This document shows, one piece after another, positions 20,070 to 30,696 of a stretch of DNA of 64,000 nt; positions within the stretch are counted from its first letter, which is position 1, and every line of letters starts with the position of its first letter. Origin of the DNA: Phycisphaerales bacterium (lineage in GTDB: Bacteria; Planctomycetota; Phycisphaerae; Phycisphaerales; UBA1924); NCBI GenBank assembly GCA_965227775.1, contig OZ245777.1, positions 1,824,001-1,888,000 of the forward strand. The letters run 5' to 3'. A model generated the notes under the pieces. It did not search any database. It was not told where the DNA came from and saw only the letters and a list, made by a program, of their open reading frames with translations. Made by a program: the position numbers and the translations under genes.

Positions 20070-20654
20070 GTGAACGCTCAGGGTCTTGCGTTGTGCCTGT
20101 CGATTGTCGCCGCCTGCATGGCGTGCGTGCCCGGCTGCGCGACGCCCGAAGAGCCCTGGAAGACCGGGCTGTGGAACAAGACCCCACCCGATTACCCGTT
20201 CGTGCCCAATCGCGTGCTGGTGCACCCGCTCACGCGTGCGGCCGAGTCACGTGATGGAGACTGGCGACTTCGCGTCCACTTCCTGTTCCTCGATGCGTGG
20301 GAAGACCAGGTCAAGGGCCTCGGGCGCGTGCAGGTGCAACTCATAGCCGACGGCGCGATCGACGGCGAGCGGATCAACCCGGTCGCATGGCAAGAGATCA
20401 ACCTCAACGACCTGGCCACCAACCGCAGCCACTACGACAATGTGACCCGCACCTACGTGCTCGAGGTTCCGCAGTCGGCGATGCCCGAGTGGCTGCCCCT
20501 CGCCCTCAGCGAACTCGAGGCCGCCCGCCAAGAGGGCGGCGTCGCCTATCGCAGCTTCGCCGGCCGGCTCACCATCCGAGTTGTCTACCGCGCCACGATG
20601 GCCGATGGCGAAGAAGTGGTTGCCAGCAACGATTTCGTGCTCGCGCCCGGCTGA
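20070..20654 (+). CDS. Hypothetical lipoprotein
   Basis: GTG start, hydrophobic signal with VPGC lipobox-like motif; divergent from the class-V gene. Confidence 0.6.
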   Translation: MNAQGLALCLSIVAACMACVPGCATPEEPWKTGLWNKTPPDYPFVPNRVLVHPLTRAAESRDGDWRLRVHFLFLDAWEDQVKGLGRVQVQLIADGAIDGERINPVAWQEINLNDLATNRSHYDNVTRTYVLEVPQSAMPEWLPLALSELEAARQEGGVAYRSFAGRLTIRVVYRATMADGEEVVASNDFVLAPG

Positions 20655-20660
20655 GCACGC

Positions 20661-22007
20661 TCAACTGCCGTCTTCCTCGATGATGCCCTGACGCCGGTAC
20701 TTCTCGCGATACCGATCGCGGAGCACGGTCTGCTTGTTGCTCAGGTCGACGCGGGCACCATCGATGAATGCCGCTTCGATAGAGGTGGTCATCTCCAGCG
20801 GCGTCCCGTCGGTCAATAGCAGCGTGGCGCTCTTGCCGGCCTCGATGGTGCCGTAGTTGTCACCGATGCCCATGATCTGCGCCGCGTCGCGGGTGATGGA
20901 CGCCATCGCGTCGGCCTCGTCGAAGCCCATGTCTCGGCCGTAGGCCACGGCCATTGCCGCCTCGTAGGGCAGGTTGCGCACGTTTTCGTCCACGTTGCCC
21001 GGCGCCAGGCACCACCGCACGCCCGCCGCATCGAGGCGGGCGGGCAGTGTGAACGCCTCGTCGTAGTCCGCATCGCCGCGCCTGGGGAAGTTATGCACAC
21101 CCTCGACGATCACCGCCACGTCGTGCTTCTTGAGCAGCTCGGCCAGCAGCGGCGCATCGCGACCGCCCTGGATGATGACCTTGAGCCCGCGACCGGCAGC
21201 CCACGTCACCGCCGACTGGATGCGCTCCACGCTTTGCGCGTTGATGATCACCGGCTTCTGGTCATCGGCGCTGGCCAGCAGGCTCTGCATCGCCTCCATC
21301 CGCAGGTCGACCGGCGTTGCCGGGTCGGCAGCGCGCGCATCGCGGTAGGCCTCGGCGGTGTCGAAGAGCGCATCGATGCGACCGATCCGCTCGCGCACGT
21401 CGTCGGTCGAGAGCGTCTGCCCACCCCCGAACGGCCGATGCCCATCTCGAACGCTCGGCCAGTTCAGGATGATGCCCGCGTTGGCATTGGCGGTCATATC
21501 TTCGTACGTCCAGCCGTCGAGCTTGATGACGCCGGCCTGCCCGCTCACCAGCCCGCCGGTCGGGAACGTGCCTGCGAGCAGGATGCCGTTGCTCCGTGCC
21601 ACGGGTAGCAGCGTCGAGTCCGGATTGACCGCCACGACGGCTCGCACCTCGGGCTTCACGCTCCCAACCTCGTTGTAGTCGCGCATAGCCCGCACCGAGC
21701 CGATCTCGGTGAGCCCAAGTCGCGTGATCGCGGCGATCATGCCCGGGTACACGTGCATGCCCGTGCCGTCGATGATCCGCGTCGTCGCGATGAACATGCG
21801 CTCACCCGATCCGACGCCCGTGATCCGGCCGTCCTCGAACATGACCCAGCCGTCCTCGATGGGCGATTCGCCCTCGACCATCGTGTGGATGGTGGCGCCC
21901 GTGATGGCGATGGGGTGGTCGGGCACCTCGCCGCGGGGCGTCAGGTCTTGGGCCATGCCGGCGGCCGCCAGCGCAAGGATCGTGAGCGTTGCAATAGCCG
22001 TGCGCAT
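20661..22007 (-). CDS. Exported amidohydrolase-fold protein, probably lacking metal ligands
   Basis: Signal peptide; IDGTGMHVYPGMIAAITRLG, GTIEAGKSATL. Confidence 0.82.
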   Translation of the reverse strand: MRTAIATLTILALAAAGMAQDLTPRGEVPDHPIAITGATIHTMVEGESPIEDGWVMFEDGRITGVGSGERMFIATTRIIDGTGMHVYPGMIAAITRLGLTEIGSVRAMRDYNEVGSVKPEVRAVVAVNPDSTLLPVARSNGILLAGTFPTGGLVSGQAGVIKLDGWTYEDMTANANAGIILNWPSVRDGHRPFGGGQTLSTDDVRERIGRIDALFDTAEAYRDARAADPATPVDLRMEAMQSLLASADDQKPVIINAQSVERIQSAVTWAAGRGLKVIIQGGRDAPLLAELLKKHDVAVIVEGVHNFPRRGDADYDEAFTLPARLDAAGVRWCLAPGNVDENVRNLPYEAAMAVAYGRDMGFDEADAMASITRDAAQIMGIGDNYGTIEAGKSATLLLTDGTPLEMTTSIEAAFIDGARVDLSNKQTVLRDRYREKYRRQGIIEEDGS

Positions 22008-25000
22008 CAGCGGGCCTCCCGTTCCATCATCTCGAAGTACTCGGCAGGAATCACGCCGCACGCGCCGCACAGGCTGGCGCCGGCGCCGCCCCGTCCATCG
22101 TGCCCGTAGAACCACGCGTACACACCACGGCGGCCGGGGTCTTCCTCGTCTTCGGCTTCGTCGGCTACATTCTCTGGCTCCGGCTCGTCTTCCTTCTCGG
22201 GCAACTTGGCCTGCTCGCGCATGAGCTTCTGGATCAGCCGCTCGCGCTCGCTCGCGATCCGATCCCGGTGGGCCTTGTCCTGCTCGATGCTGAAGTACTC
22301 GCGCCCGTCGATGTAGACACGCTCGGCGCGGCTCATCGTCGAGAGCGGGTCGCCGCTCCAGATCACCAGGTCGGCGTCTTTGCCGGGCTCGAGCGAGCCC
22401 ACGCGGTCGTCGATGGCCAGCTGGATCGCAGGGTTGATCGTGACGAACTTGATGGCTTCCTCGGGCGAGAGCCCGCCGTACTTCACGGCCTTCGCCGCCT
22501 CCACGTTCATGCGCCGGGCGAGCTCGTCGCTGTCGCTGTTAAAGCTGACGTTGACGCCCGCCTCGTGCAAGATTGGCCCCGCATACGGGATCGCGTCCTG
22601 CACCTCAACCTTATAGGCCCACCAGTCGCTGAACAGGCTCGCGCCGATCGAGTGCTCCCGCACCGCCTCGGCCACCTTGTAGCACTCCAGTCCGTGCTGG
22701 AACGTACCGATCTTGAAGCCAAACTCCTCGGCCACGCGGCACAGCATCAGGATCTCGTCCTGCCGATAGCTGTGGCAGTGAATGAGCCGCTCTCCCGCGA
22801 GAATCTCCGCGAGTGCTTCGAGCTCCGTATCTGTGCGGCCGCTCTCGGTCTTCATGCCGTTTGCCGCGTACTCCCGAGCCGCGACGAACCGGTCGCGAAT
22901 GAGCGTCTCGACGCCCATGCGCGTCTGTGGGTAGCGACCGGTGAAGGTGCTGCCCCAATTGCTCTGCTTCACGTTCTCACCCAGCGCGAACTTGATGCCG
23001 GGCTTGGCGCCCTCGAAGTGCATGTCGGTAGGGTGCACCGCGCCCCAGCGGACCTTCTGGATCACGTTCTGCCCACCGATCGGGTTGGCCGATCCGTGCA
23101 GCGTGTTCACGGTCGTCACGCCGCCGGCGAGCTGGCGGTACCAGTTCACCGGGTTGGGATCGGTCGTGTCGCCCATACGCACCTCGGCGGTCACGGCCTG
23201 GCCGCTCTCGTTGGTGCCGGCGCTCCACGTGCCCGTGTGGCTGTGGGCGTCGATCAGACCGGGCGTCACGTGCTTGCCCTGCGCATCGATTACGGTCGCG
23301 TCGCGGCGGCTGGGCGCATCGCCCTCGCCGATCGCAACGATCTCGCCATCGTTGATCGCGATCCACCCGCGATCGATGTTGCCACGATCGCTGACCGTCC
23401 AGATGGTTGCGTTCGTGATGATCACCTCGTCCTGCTCGGGAATCTGGGCGACCGAGTACGCGCCAAACGGATATCCGCCCAGGTCTTCCGGTGGTAGTTC
23501 GGTGTCGTCTTCTTGCTTCTCCTCGTCGTCGGCCTCGTCGCTGTCTTCGGTCGCGAGGCGCAAGCCGGTGAACTCGAACGGCCGGCCATCCGGCCGCGCG
23601 CCCGCGCCGATGATCTCATCTCCGTGCACCGTGCCGGTCAGCGTGAACACGCCTTCCATCCCGAAGGGCTCGTGGTCGAACAGAACCGTGAGCGTGTTGG
23701 CGGTGCGATCGAGCACGGCCTTCGTGCTGGGCTGATCCTCACCCTCGGCTATCTCGGCCCCGGGATCGGTGATCGTGCCCTTGCCCTTGCCGTCGACGGT
23801 CAGGTCAAGCCGGAAGCGCCCGGCGAGCGTGAGTTCCCACGTGCCCTCGAGCGTGTCGAGCTTGGGCAGATTGATCTGGTGGCGGCGTCCCTCGAGCCAC
23901 AGGTCGAGGATCTTCGTGTCCGCCTCGAAGATCGGCCCGGTCGCCACGATCACGTTGCCGAGCATATCGGGTGCGATCTGGCCGACCTCATCCGCCACGC
24001 CGAGCAACTCCGCCGGCCGCGTCGTGAGCGCCGCGAGCGCGTCGTCCTCGCTGAGCCCCATCTCGATGGCCTTGCGCAGCAACTTGTGGAATCCGCCCCG
24101 ACCACCGATGCCATTGGGGATCTTGCTGCTCGTCAGCACGATGTCAAAGCCGGCATCCTGCAACCGCCGTGCGTTCGTTGGCGCCTGCTCCCACTCCATC
24201 AGCGTGTTGAGGTCGATCGCTTCGGTATCCGCGATGGACTTCACGTTTGGAGCCTTCGGGAACCGCAGCGGTACGACGAGGGTCAATCCACCGTCCTCGG
24301 CCGCGCGAGCAAACGCATCGAGCCGCTTACACTCGCTGCCGCTGCCGACGATTACCGCCGAGCGATCGAACTCGCGTGCCATCGAGATGCCGCGGAGCGC
24401 CACGAGCTCGGTTGGCACGTCGAACCACAGCGCGACCTCGCCGTCTTCGAGCGGCGTCAACGCGTTCTTCGGAGCGTCGTCTTGCGTTGCCTGCCACTGC
24501 GCATCGAGCATCGTCTGGCGAACGAGCGCGATCGAGCCCATCTGGCTCGTCGGGTACGCGCGACTGCCCCAACCACTGCTCTCGAACGCGACAACCTGGC
24601 CGACCGAGTTGTTGAGCACCAGCGGCCGATACCCACTCGCGTCGTCCGAGGGCTCGCCGAGCGAGATCACGGCGTTCGAGCCTCGCAGGATGCCGCTGCC
24701 AGGCGCGATGCCTACGGCGCCGAATCCCAGCTTCCGCAGGCTGGAACGCGCACCCGAGTCGATCCACGTCGCATCGAGCGCCGAGCGCTGCGGCGTGACG
24801 AGCCCACTCCAGTGCACGCCGGGCGATCCCGGCTCACCGGGCGATGGGGCGTCGACCTCGTAGTACGCCTCGACAAACGCGGGGTACAAGTGCAACCCAC
24901 TCGCGTCGACGATCGCGAACCCCGCCGGCGGCTCTCCGCTCTGGCGATCGACGAGCGTGATGCGCCCGTGCTCGATGTACACCGTGCCCTCGAAGGGCTC

Positions 25001-25198
25001 TTCGCCCGCCTTGGGGTGGACGGTGCCGCCGACAAGCGCGAATCGCACGGGCTCAGCGTGCCGCGGCCCGTTTGGCCGATCGGCGAGGGGAGAATCACTT
25101 GTCAATTGCTGGGTGGGCTGGGCCAATGCCGCACCGCCCACGAGCATCAGGCCGACCGCCAGCACACGGCGGGCGGAAGAGAGCAGGGATGTGTTCAT
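22007..25198 (-). CDS. Exported protein with two amidohydrolase domains
   Basis: Signal peptide; C-terminal domain PGLIDAHSH, HCHSYR, FQHGLE, NSDS, GSLEPGKDADLVIW; N-terminal domain PAFVEAYY. Confidence 0.88.
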   Translation of the reverse strand: MNTSLLSSARRVLAVGLMLVGGAALAQPTQQLTSDSPLADRPNGPRHAEPVRFALVGGTVHPKAGEEPFEGTVYIEHGRITLVDRQSGEPPAGFAIVDASGLHLYPAFVEAYYEVDAPSPGEPGSPGVHWSGLVTPQRSALDATWIDSGARSSLRKLGFGAVGIAPGSGILRGSNAVISLGEPSDDASGYRPLVLNNSVGQVVAFESSGWGSRAYPTSQMGSIALVRQTMLDAQWQATQDDAPKNALTPLEDGEVALWFDVPTELVALRGISMAREFDRSAVIVGSGSECKRLDAFARAAEDGGLTLVVPLRFPKAPNVKSIADTEAIDLNTLMEWEQAPTNARRLQDAGFDIVLTSSKIPNGIGGRGGFHKLLRKAIEMGLSEDDALAALTTRPAELLGVADEVGQIAPDMLGNVIVATGPIFEADTKILDLWLEGRRHQINLPKLDTLEGTWELTLAGRFRLDLTVDGKGKGTITDPGAEIAEGEDQPSTKAVLDRTANTLTVLFDHEPFGMEGVFTLTGTVHGDEIIGAGARPDGRPFEFTGLRLATEDSDEADDEEKQEDDTELPPEDLGGYPFGAYSVAQIPEQDEVIITNATIWTVSDRGNIDRGWIAINDGEIVAIGEGDAPSRRDATVIDAQGKHVTPGLIDAHSHTGTWSAGTNESGQAVTAEVRMGDTTDPNPVNWYRQLAGGVTTVNTLHGSANPIGGQNVIQKVRWGAVHPTDMHFEGAKPGIKFALGENVKQSNWGSTFTGRYPQTRMGVETLIRDRFVAAREYAANGMKTESGRTDTELEALAEILAGERLIHCHSYRQDEILMLCRVAEEFGFKIGTFQHGLECYKVAEAVREHSIGASLFSDWWAYKVEVQDAIPYAGPILHEAGVNVSFNSDSDELARRMNVEAAKAVKYGGLSPEEAIKFVTINPAIQLAIDDRVGSLEPGKDADLVIWSGDPLSTMSRAERVYIDGREYFSIEQDKAHRDRIASERERLIQKLMREQAKLPEKEDEPEPENVADEAEDEEDPGRRGVYAWFYGHDGRGGAGASLCGACGVIPAEYFEMMEREAR

Positions 25199-25269
25199 GC
25201 CGCCAGCATAGCAGGACGTCGGGTGCGCGGAGAAAGGCGTTTTCCCGACTACCCCTGATAATTCGCTCG

Positions 25270-26715
25270 CTAGCCAGGTTCAGGTGCACCACCCGATTCG
25301 ACCGCGAAGCTGCGTTCGGCCTTGCGGGCCTGCCGCACGCCGCGGGTTTCGTGCACGCGGAGTGTGAGCAGCAGACCACCGGCGAAGAAGCCGGTCAATA
25401 GCAACAGAGACGCAGTCTCACCTGCGAACCGAGCCACGATGCCGAACCCCAGCACGCCCACTGCTCCGGCGAACTTGTACACCATGCCCCAGAGCCCGAA
25501 GAACTCCGCCGTGCGATGCGCGGGCGTCAGCCGACCGACCATCGACCGCGAAGCCGTGCCGATCCCGCCCAGCCCGAAACCCAGCCCATTGCCCACCACC
25601 CACACGGGCCACTGCGGCCCGCCGTGCGGCCAGATGATGCTCATCGCCACCATCGCCAGGCAGCTGACGACCCACACTGTGAGGTACACCAGCACGGTCG
25701 CCTTCGCGCCGATCCGATCCTGGAACGTGCTCGTGATGACCGCCGCGATGCCGGCCGTTACGGTGAGCTGCGCCGTAAATGCTACCAGGAGCACGTCTGT
25801 GAAGTTGAAGTCACGCGCGATGATCGCCGCAAACGCAATGAACGTCTGCACGCCAAATCCGTACACCAGGAACGCGACGAGGAAGCGGCGCAACTCCCCA
25901 AACTCGCCCGCCCCCGCGAGCGTCTTGCGCACTCGCCTAACGGCTTCCCGCAGAGGATCGACCGCCTCGATCGCTGGCCGCCGATCCTTCTTCAAGATCA
26001 ACCCCGGCGCGATGATCCCCAGGAGGAACCACACGCCCGCGAAGACGAAGAACACGCGCCACTGTGAAACGTCTCGCAGCCCGAATCCCAGCATCATGCC
26101 GAACACGATAATCAGAAGTGCAAGCGCGCCCAGGTAGCCCATCGTCCAGCCGATCGCGCTGATCCGCCCGATCGTCCGCCGAGTCGAAACGTCGGGCAGG
26201 AATGACGCCAGGAAGTTCTCGCCGACCTGGTAGCAAATGTTTGCCGGTATGTAGAGCGCCGCAGCCAGGATGACCATGCCCGGCCCGACGAAGCCTAGCA
26301 TGCACGTCAGCACGCCGCAGGCCACGCCCGTGGTCATCAGGATGAGTTTTCGCCTGCCGCGGATGTCGCCCCATGCGCCAATGAACGGGCTGACGGCCAC
26401 CACGATCAACAGCGACGTCCCCTGCATGAGCGACCAGGCCAGCTTGCCGCTCGCCTCGGCAGCTTGCACGCGGTCGTACGCGTCCTGCACCTTCCGTGGC
26501 GCGTCTTCCTTCTCGAGCTCGTTGTCGTGGATCAACTCGACCTGCGCAGCCACCGCCTCATCCAGGGCCGGCTGCGGCACGACCACCCGCGTGACGTACA
26601 CGCCGAACAGCAGCGTGATGATCAGCAGCGTGAAGCTCTGGTTGGCAAAGTCGAACATGCCCCACGCCCACACCTCCTTGGGGTTGGGCAGGCCATGGAA
26701 GGGGTTGAGCTTCAT
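25270..26715 (-). CDS. MFS transporter (UMF1/Atg22-like)
   Basis: WAWGMFDFANQSF, ISAIGWTMGYLG, AEFFGLW; about 12 TM. Confidence 0.87.
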   Translation of the reverse strand: MKLNPFHGLPNPKEVWAWGMFDFANQSFTLLIITLLFGVYVTRVVVPQPALDEAVAAQVELIHDNELEKEDAPRKVQDAYDRVQAAEASGKLAWSLMQGTSLLIVVAVSPFIGAWGDIRGRRKLILMTTGVACGVLTCMLGFVGPGMVILAAALYIPANICYQVGENFLASFLPDVSTRRTIGRISAIGWTMGYLGALALLIIVFGMMLGFGLRDVSQWRVFFVFAGVWFLLGIIAPGLILKKDRRPAIEAVDPLREAVRRVRKTLAGAGEFGELRRFLVAFLVYGFGVQTFIAFAAIIARDFNFTDVLLVAFTAQLTVTAGIAAVITSTFQDRIGAKATVLVYLTVWVVSCLAMVAMSIIWPHGGPQWPVWVVGNGLGFGLGGIGTASRSMVGRLTPAHRTAEFFGLWGMVYKFAGAVGVLGFGIVARFAGETASLLLLTGFFAGGLLLTLRVHETRGVRQARKAERSFAVESGGAPEPG

Positions 26716-27545
26716 GCACCGGCGTCCATCAGGTGCTTCTTGAAGAACTCGACCTGTAGGTTCTTGGCCTCGTTCGAGAATCGCCCGAAGCCCAGGTGTT
26801 CCTGCGGTGCGCCGGTCTTGGGCCACGTCTTCAGCTCGATCGCCGCCGGATCGCCGCCTCGGGCGCCATAGTGCTCTCGCAGCCGCTCGATGAATCGCTG
26901 TTGAACGGAGAACGGCACCAGCTCGTCCGCCTCGCTATGCAGTGCCAGCAGCGGCACGGGCTCGAAGCCGTCCAGGTGCGCCATTGGGTCGATCGCCTCG
27001 ACCGCCTCGCGGGCGTGGTCTACGGGCCAGCGGCTTGGGCCACCAGCGGTGGGGAAGTACAGCCCCTCGAGCCAGCCGGTCGTGGCCTCGACCGCTGCGC
27101 ACGAGAATCCGTGCGGCTCGCACAGCCGCCGCAGGGTCACCATGCCACCCGCTGAAATGCCACCGACGCCGAGCTTCTCACCATCGAACAACGCGGCGTG
27201 CGGCCCCCGCAGCAGCGCCTCGATCACCCGATCGACCTCCGGCAAAGCCTCGGTCAGCATGTCCACGGTGCCATCAGCGCTCTGCATCCGCTCATCGCTA
27301 CGGTCGCCATGCCCGGGCAGGTCGATCGCGCACACGGCGATGCCGGCACGGATCAGCCGCAGGTACCGCCCCGAGTCGATCTCCTTGCGGCTCGTTCGCC
27401 CGTGCATCCACAGGACGAGCGGCGTTCGGCCCTCCCAGTTGGGGTGGGCGATGAGCGTCGGAACGTCGCCCGCCAGCGTCTCAAACCTCGTCCGTTCCGC
27501 GAGCGCGCTCGCCAGCTTGAGCATCGATCCCGGATACCCGCCCAT
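26712..27545 (-). CDS. Alpha/beta hydrolase (esterase-like)
   Basis: MHG, DLPGHG, GISAG, HSEADELVP; ATG overlaps upstream stop (TGATG). Confidence 0.82.
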   Translation of the reverse strand: MGGYPGSMLKLASALAERTRFETLAGDVPTLIAHPNWEGRTPLVLWMHGRTSRKEIDSGRYLRLIRAGIAVCAIDLPGHGDRSDERMQSADGTVDMLTEALPEVDRVIEALLRGPHAALFDGEKLGVGGISAGGMVTLRRLCEPHGFSCAAVEATTGWLEGLYFPTAGGPSRWPVDHAREAVEAIDPMAHLDGFEPVPLLALHSEADELVPFSVQQRFIERLREHYGARGGDPAAIELKTWPKTGAPQEHLGFGRFSNEAKNLQVEFFKKHLMDAGA

Positions 27546-28981
27546 CAGAGCACCATGGCCCGACCGGGTTCGGGCAACGCCGAAGGCTCGTAAGTGAGCC
27601 CCGCCGCCTCCGCCCACGCTGCGGCGCCGGAGAGTTCCAGCGTGCAGCCCGCCGGCACGCTGTGCCCGCGTGCACGCAGCCACGCTTCGGCCCGCGCGGT
27701 CTGCATGTGTCGCGCGCTCTCCACGCTGTCGACCCCGGTCGGGTTCTTCGTGGGCGCAAATTCATCCGCCCGCTCGACGCGCATCACCATCGACTCGCGC
27801 GCCACCGGGATCGCGTCGAACACGAACCGCTCGAGCTTTACCGCGTTCGGCTCGCTGGGCTCGACGCGCTGACCCGAGTCTAAGTCAACGTGCGGCACTT
27901 TCTTAAAGGCTCGGTGGAACGGCAGCGCGCCCTCGCCCGCGTCGTCTATGGCACGCAAGAACGCAACCGAAGCCGCGTGGATCGCGATCGATCCCGCCTC
28001 GAACCGGAGCTTGCCACTTTCGTTCGTTGCGCTCGCCAACTCATCAGGCAGGTCGGAGTACTCGACGACGCGTGTCTTGCCATCGCACACCGCGAACACG
28101 CCCACCTTCTCCGAAGCGCTCGCTTTGGCCACCATCTTGCTTGAGAACTCACCCGAACTCGGCGCGCCGCCCGCGCCAGAGTGCGCACCCAAGAACACCG
28201 GATCGATTGGCGTTACCAGCGGGTTGTCCACCTGGAAGTAGCTGAGCTGTTCTATACCATCGCGTTCGAGCAGATCGAGCTCACCTGACCTCGACAGCGC
28301 TCGCACGACGCCCCCGTGTCCATCGGGGTTGGTCGCGAGCGCTCCTCGCTCCCCGAGCAGCAGTCGCCCAGTCTTCGAGCAAAAACTCGGCATGACGCCC
28401 TGCTCGAAGAAGCGCAGCTGCTCGCGGTCGAGCCCCAGCCAGTCGTGCGCCTCGAAGAAGTCCAGCGTCTGCGCGTGGTTCTGCGGGCTGGTCATGATCA
28501 GCCAAGGAATCGACCGCCCCGCCCAGTCGCCCGCCGCCCGGATCTGGTCGGCAAACACATCGAACAAGGTCCGCCCGCTGGCCGGCCCGATCGGCAGCGT
28601 GCCCTTGGGCCCATCAAACCCCAGCCGCGTGCCCTGGCCGCCCGCGACCGTGAGCGCCGCAACCTTGCCGGCCTTGATGAGCGCGAGCCCAGCCGCCCGA
28701 GCTGCGTCGCCGTCGATCGCGTGATATCCCGCCGTACCGGTCGCACAGCACACCACGGGCGGCTCCATGCTGCCGAAGGTCTCGGCGGCACCAGGCTGCC
28801 GATACCGCTCGATCACGCCCGGTAGCGAGTCCCAATCGACCGCGGAAAGCTGGCGCGCAAACGCCGCCTTGGCATCGTGTTCCAACTCACCAACGAATGC
28901 CAGCAGGTGCCCCTGGCCGGCCTTCTCGACGGCGGGGGCGATGTCTTCGAGCGTGGTATCAGCGGGCGGCGAAGTGGTCAT
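27545..28981 (-). CDS. UDPGP-type-1 nucleotidyltransferase, probable UDP-GlcNAc pyrophosphorylase
   Basis: AGGQGTRLGFDGPKG, PDGHGG, QVDNPL, EKVGV, VEYSDL, KLERFVFD, EFAPTKN. Confidence 0.9.
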   Translation of the reverse strand: MTTSPPADTTLEDIAPAVEKAGQGHLLAFVGELEHDAKAAFARQLSAVDWDSLPGVIERYRQPGAAETFGSMEPPVVCCATGTAGYHAIDGDAARAAGLALIKAGKVAALTVAGGQGTRLGFDGPKGTLPIGPASGRTLFDVFADQIRAAGDWAGRSIPWLIMTSPQNHAQTLDFFEAHDWLGLDREQLRFFEQGVMPSFCSKTGRLLLGERGALATNPDGHGGVVRALSRSGELDLLERDGIEQLSYFQVDNPLVTPIDPVFLGAHSGAGGAPSSGEFSSKMVAKASASEKVGVFAVCDGKTRVVEYSDLPDELASATNESGKLRFEAGSIAIHAASVAFLRAIDDAGEGALPFHRAFKKVPHVDLDSGQRVEPSEPNAVKLERFVFDAIPVARESMVMRVERADEFAPTKNPTGVDSVESARHMQTARAEAWLRARGHSVPAGCTLELSGAAAWAEAAGLTYEPSALPEPGRAMVL

Positions 28982-29076
28982 CGCGCGAGTCGTCCTCTCT
29001 TCGTCAATGCACGAGTCGGCCCATTTCTCGCGGGCCGGCCGATGGTAGAGCCCCGCGGGCGGTTTACGATCCCTTC

Positions 29077-29823
29077 ATGCCGACCCACGCCCAGAGCGAC
29101 GCCCACAGCACAACCCAGAACATGACCGCCACTGTGAACCCAATCACCCAGCCCCCGCACCTGCCACTCATCGCCCCTTCGATCCTCGCGGCCGATTACG
29201 CGCGTCTGGGTGATGAATGCCGCTGCGCGTTGGACGCCGGCGGCGACCTCCTGCACTACGACGTCATGGACGGCCACCTGGTGCCGAACCTCGCCCTGGG
29301 TGTTGACATGCTCGCCTCGCTGAAGGCAGACCTGCCCGACGCGTTCTTCGACGTCCACCTCATGATCGAGCGGCCCGACCTGTTCGCCGAGCCATTCGCC
29401 AAGGCCGGTGCCGGCCACCTGACCTTCCACATCGAGGCACTGGACGGCCGCGATGCTCGGGCCCTCTTCGATAGAGCCCGCTCCCTCGGCATGTCCGTCG
29501 GCATCGCGATCGACGGTCCGACGCCCATCGAGAAGGCCGATGACCTGCTGCCGCACTGCGACCTGGTGCTGGTCATGGCCATCCGGGCGGGCTTCGCGGG
29601 CCAGGCATTCGATCCGGCCGCTTTGGACAAGATCCGCCACGTCAGAAAGCTCGCGCCCGACATCCGAATCGAGGTCGACGGGGGCGTGGGCCCGAAGCAG
29701 GCGCCCGCATTGACTGAGGCCGGTGCCGACGTGCTCGCCGCAGCTTCGGCGGTGTTCAGGGTTTCCCCGCAAGATCGCGCGTCGGTCATTACCCAGATGC
29801 GCGGCGAAACGGGCAAGCCGTAG
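29077..29823 (+). CDS. rpe: Ribulose-phosphate 3-epimerase
   Basis: IAPSILAAD, HYDVMDGHLVPN, DVHLM, GFAGQ, EVDGG. Confidence 0.95.
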   Translation: MPTHAQSDAHSTTQNMTATVNPITQPPHLPLIAPSILAADYARLGDECRCALDAGGDLLHYDVMDGHLVPNLALGVDMLASLKADLPDAFFDVHLMIERPDLFAEPFAKAGAGHLTFHIEALDGRDARALFDRARSLGMSVGIAIDGPTPIEKADDLLPHCDLVLVMAIRAGFAGQAFDPAALDKIRHVRKLAPDIRIEVDGGVGPKQAPALTEAGADVLAAASAVFRVSPQDRASVITQMRGETGKP

Positions 29824-30023
29824 CGATCAAACCGGCGCCGCCAGCGGTTATCCGGTCGTAGGGCTCGCATTCGGCGATCAGGATTCGTCAGGAATGCGAT
29901 GCTTTTGGTCTGAGCCGGGCGTATCGACCCGGTACAGTTCGGGTTCTCGGGGTTGCGACCGGGACCCGCCGACGACGCGAACGGGTTTGTGCCCGCCACC
30001 GCCGCCGGCTATGCGAGGAATGC

Positions 30024-30632
30024 ATGGCTACGCCTTCGGAATTGAATCTGCTGTTGGTGCGGTGCTCTCGGACCGAGTGGGATGAGAACGGCCGCCTGGG
30101 CGGAGACTGCGACCTGCCCGCCTGCAAGGCCTGGGGAGAAGAGCTGACGGCCGCGCTGCGCGACCACGATCTGGCTGCTATCACCGGCATCCTGACCAGC
30201 CCCGATGAGGCATCGAGCCAGACGGCCCACCACATCGGCAAGCTGATCGACCGCAAGGTCCGCACCATCGACGACCTGCGTGAGATCGACCTGGGCCTGT
30301 GGGAAGGCCAGCGGATGGAGCAACTCGAGGATCGCTTCCCTGGCGCCTTCAAGCAGTGGAAGGAAGACCCCACGTCGGTCGTCGCGCCCGAGGGCGAGTC
30401 ATTTGCCGACGCCGAGGTCCGGTTGCTCAACGCGCTGGCCAAGGGCCTCGATAAGCTCAACGGCAAGGGCAAGAACGTCGCGGTGGTCGTGCGCCCAATG
30501 GCCTTCCACGTGCTGCTGAACCGCTTCGAGGGCCGCGACATGGCCGACGGCTGGGATGCCACCGCTGCCGGCCCGAAGCTGGCCGCACTGCGGGTGCGTC
30601 GCGACGAGATCGTGCCCGCACGGGCCGTGTAG
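30024..30632 (+). CDS. Histidine-phosphatase-fold protein lacking the catalytic histidines
   Basis: LLLVRCSRTEW (RHG position), LREIDLGLWEG, PEGES, VVVRP (SHG position). Confidence 0.8.
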   Translation: MATPSELNLLLVRCSRTEWDENGRLGGDCDLPACKAWGEELTAALRDHDLAAITGILTSPDEASSQTAHHIGKLIDRKVRTIDDLREIDLGLWEGQRMEQLEDRFPGAFKQWKEDPTSVVAPEGESFADAEVRLLNALAKGLDKLNGKGKNVAVVVRPMAFHVLLNRFEGRDMADGWDATAAGPKLAALRVRRDEIVPARAV

Positions 30633-30696
30633 GGCGTCGCTGCCGCGACCGGCCCCGGCCACGTCCGAGAACAAAAACTGAATCCTTAGAGCCCCG

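Noticed and set aside
29824..30023. Several hairpins in the rpe-phosphatase spacer
   Set aside because: No recognisable RNA family motif; compatible with a terminator plus promoter (TACAGT near 29933) in GC-rich DNA.
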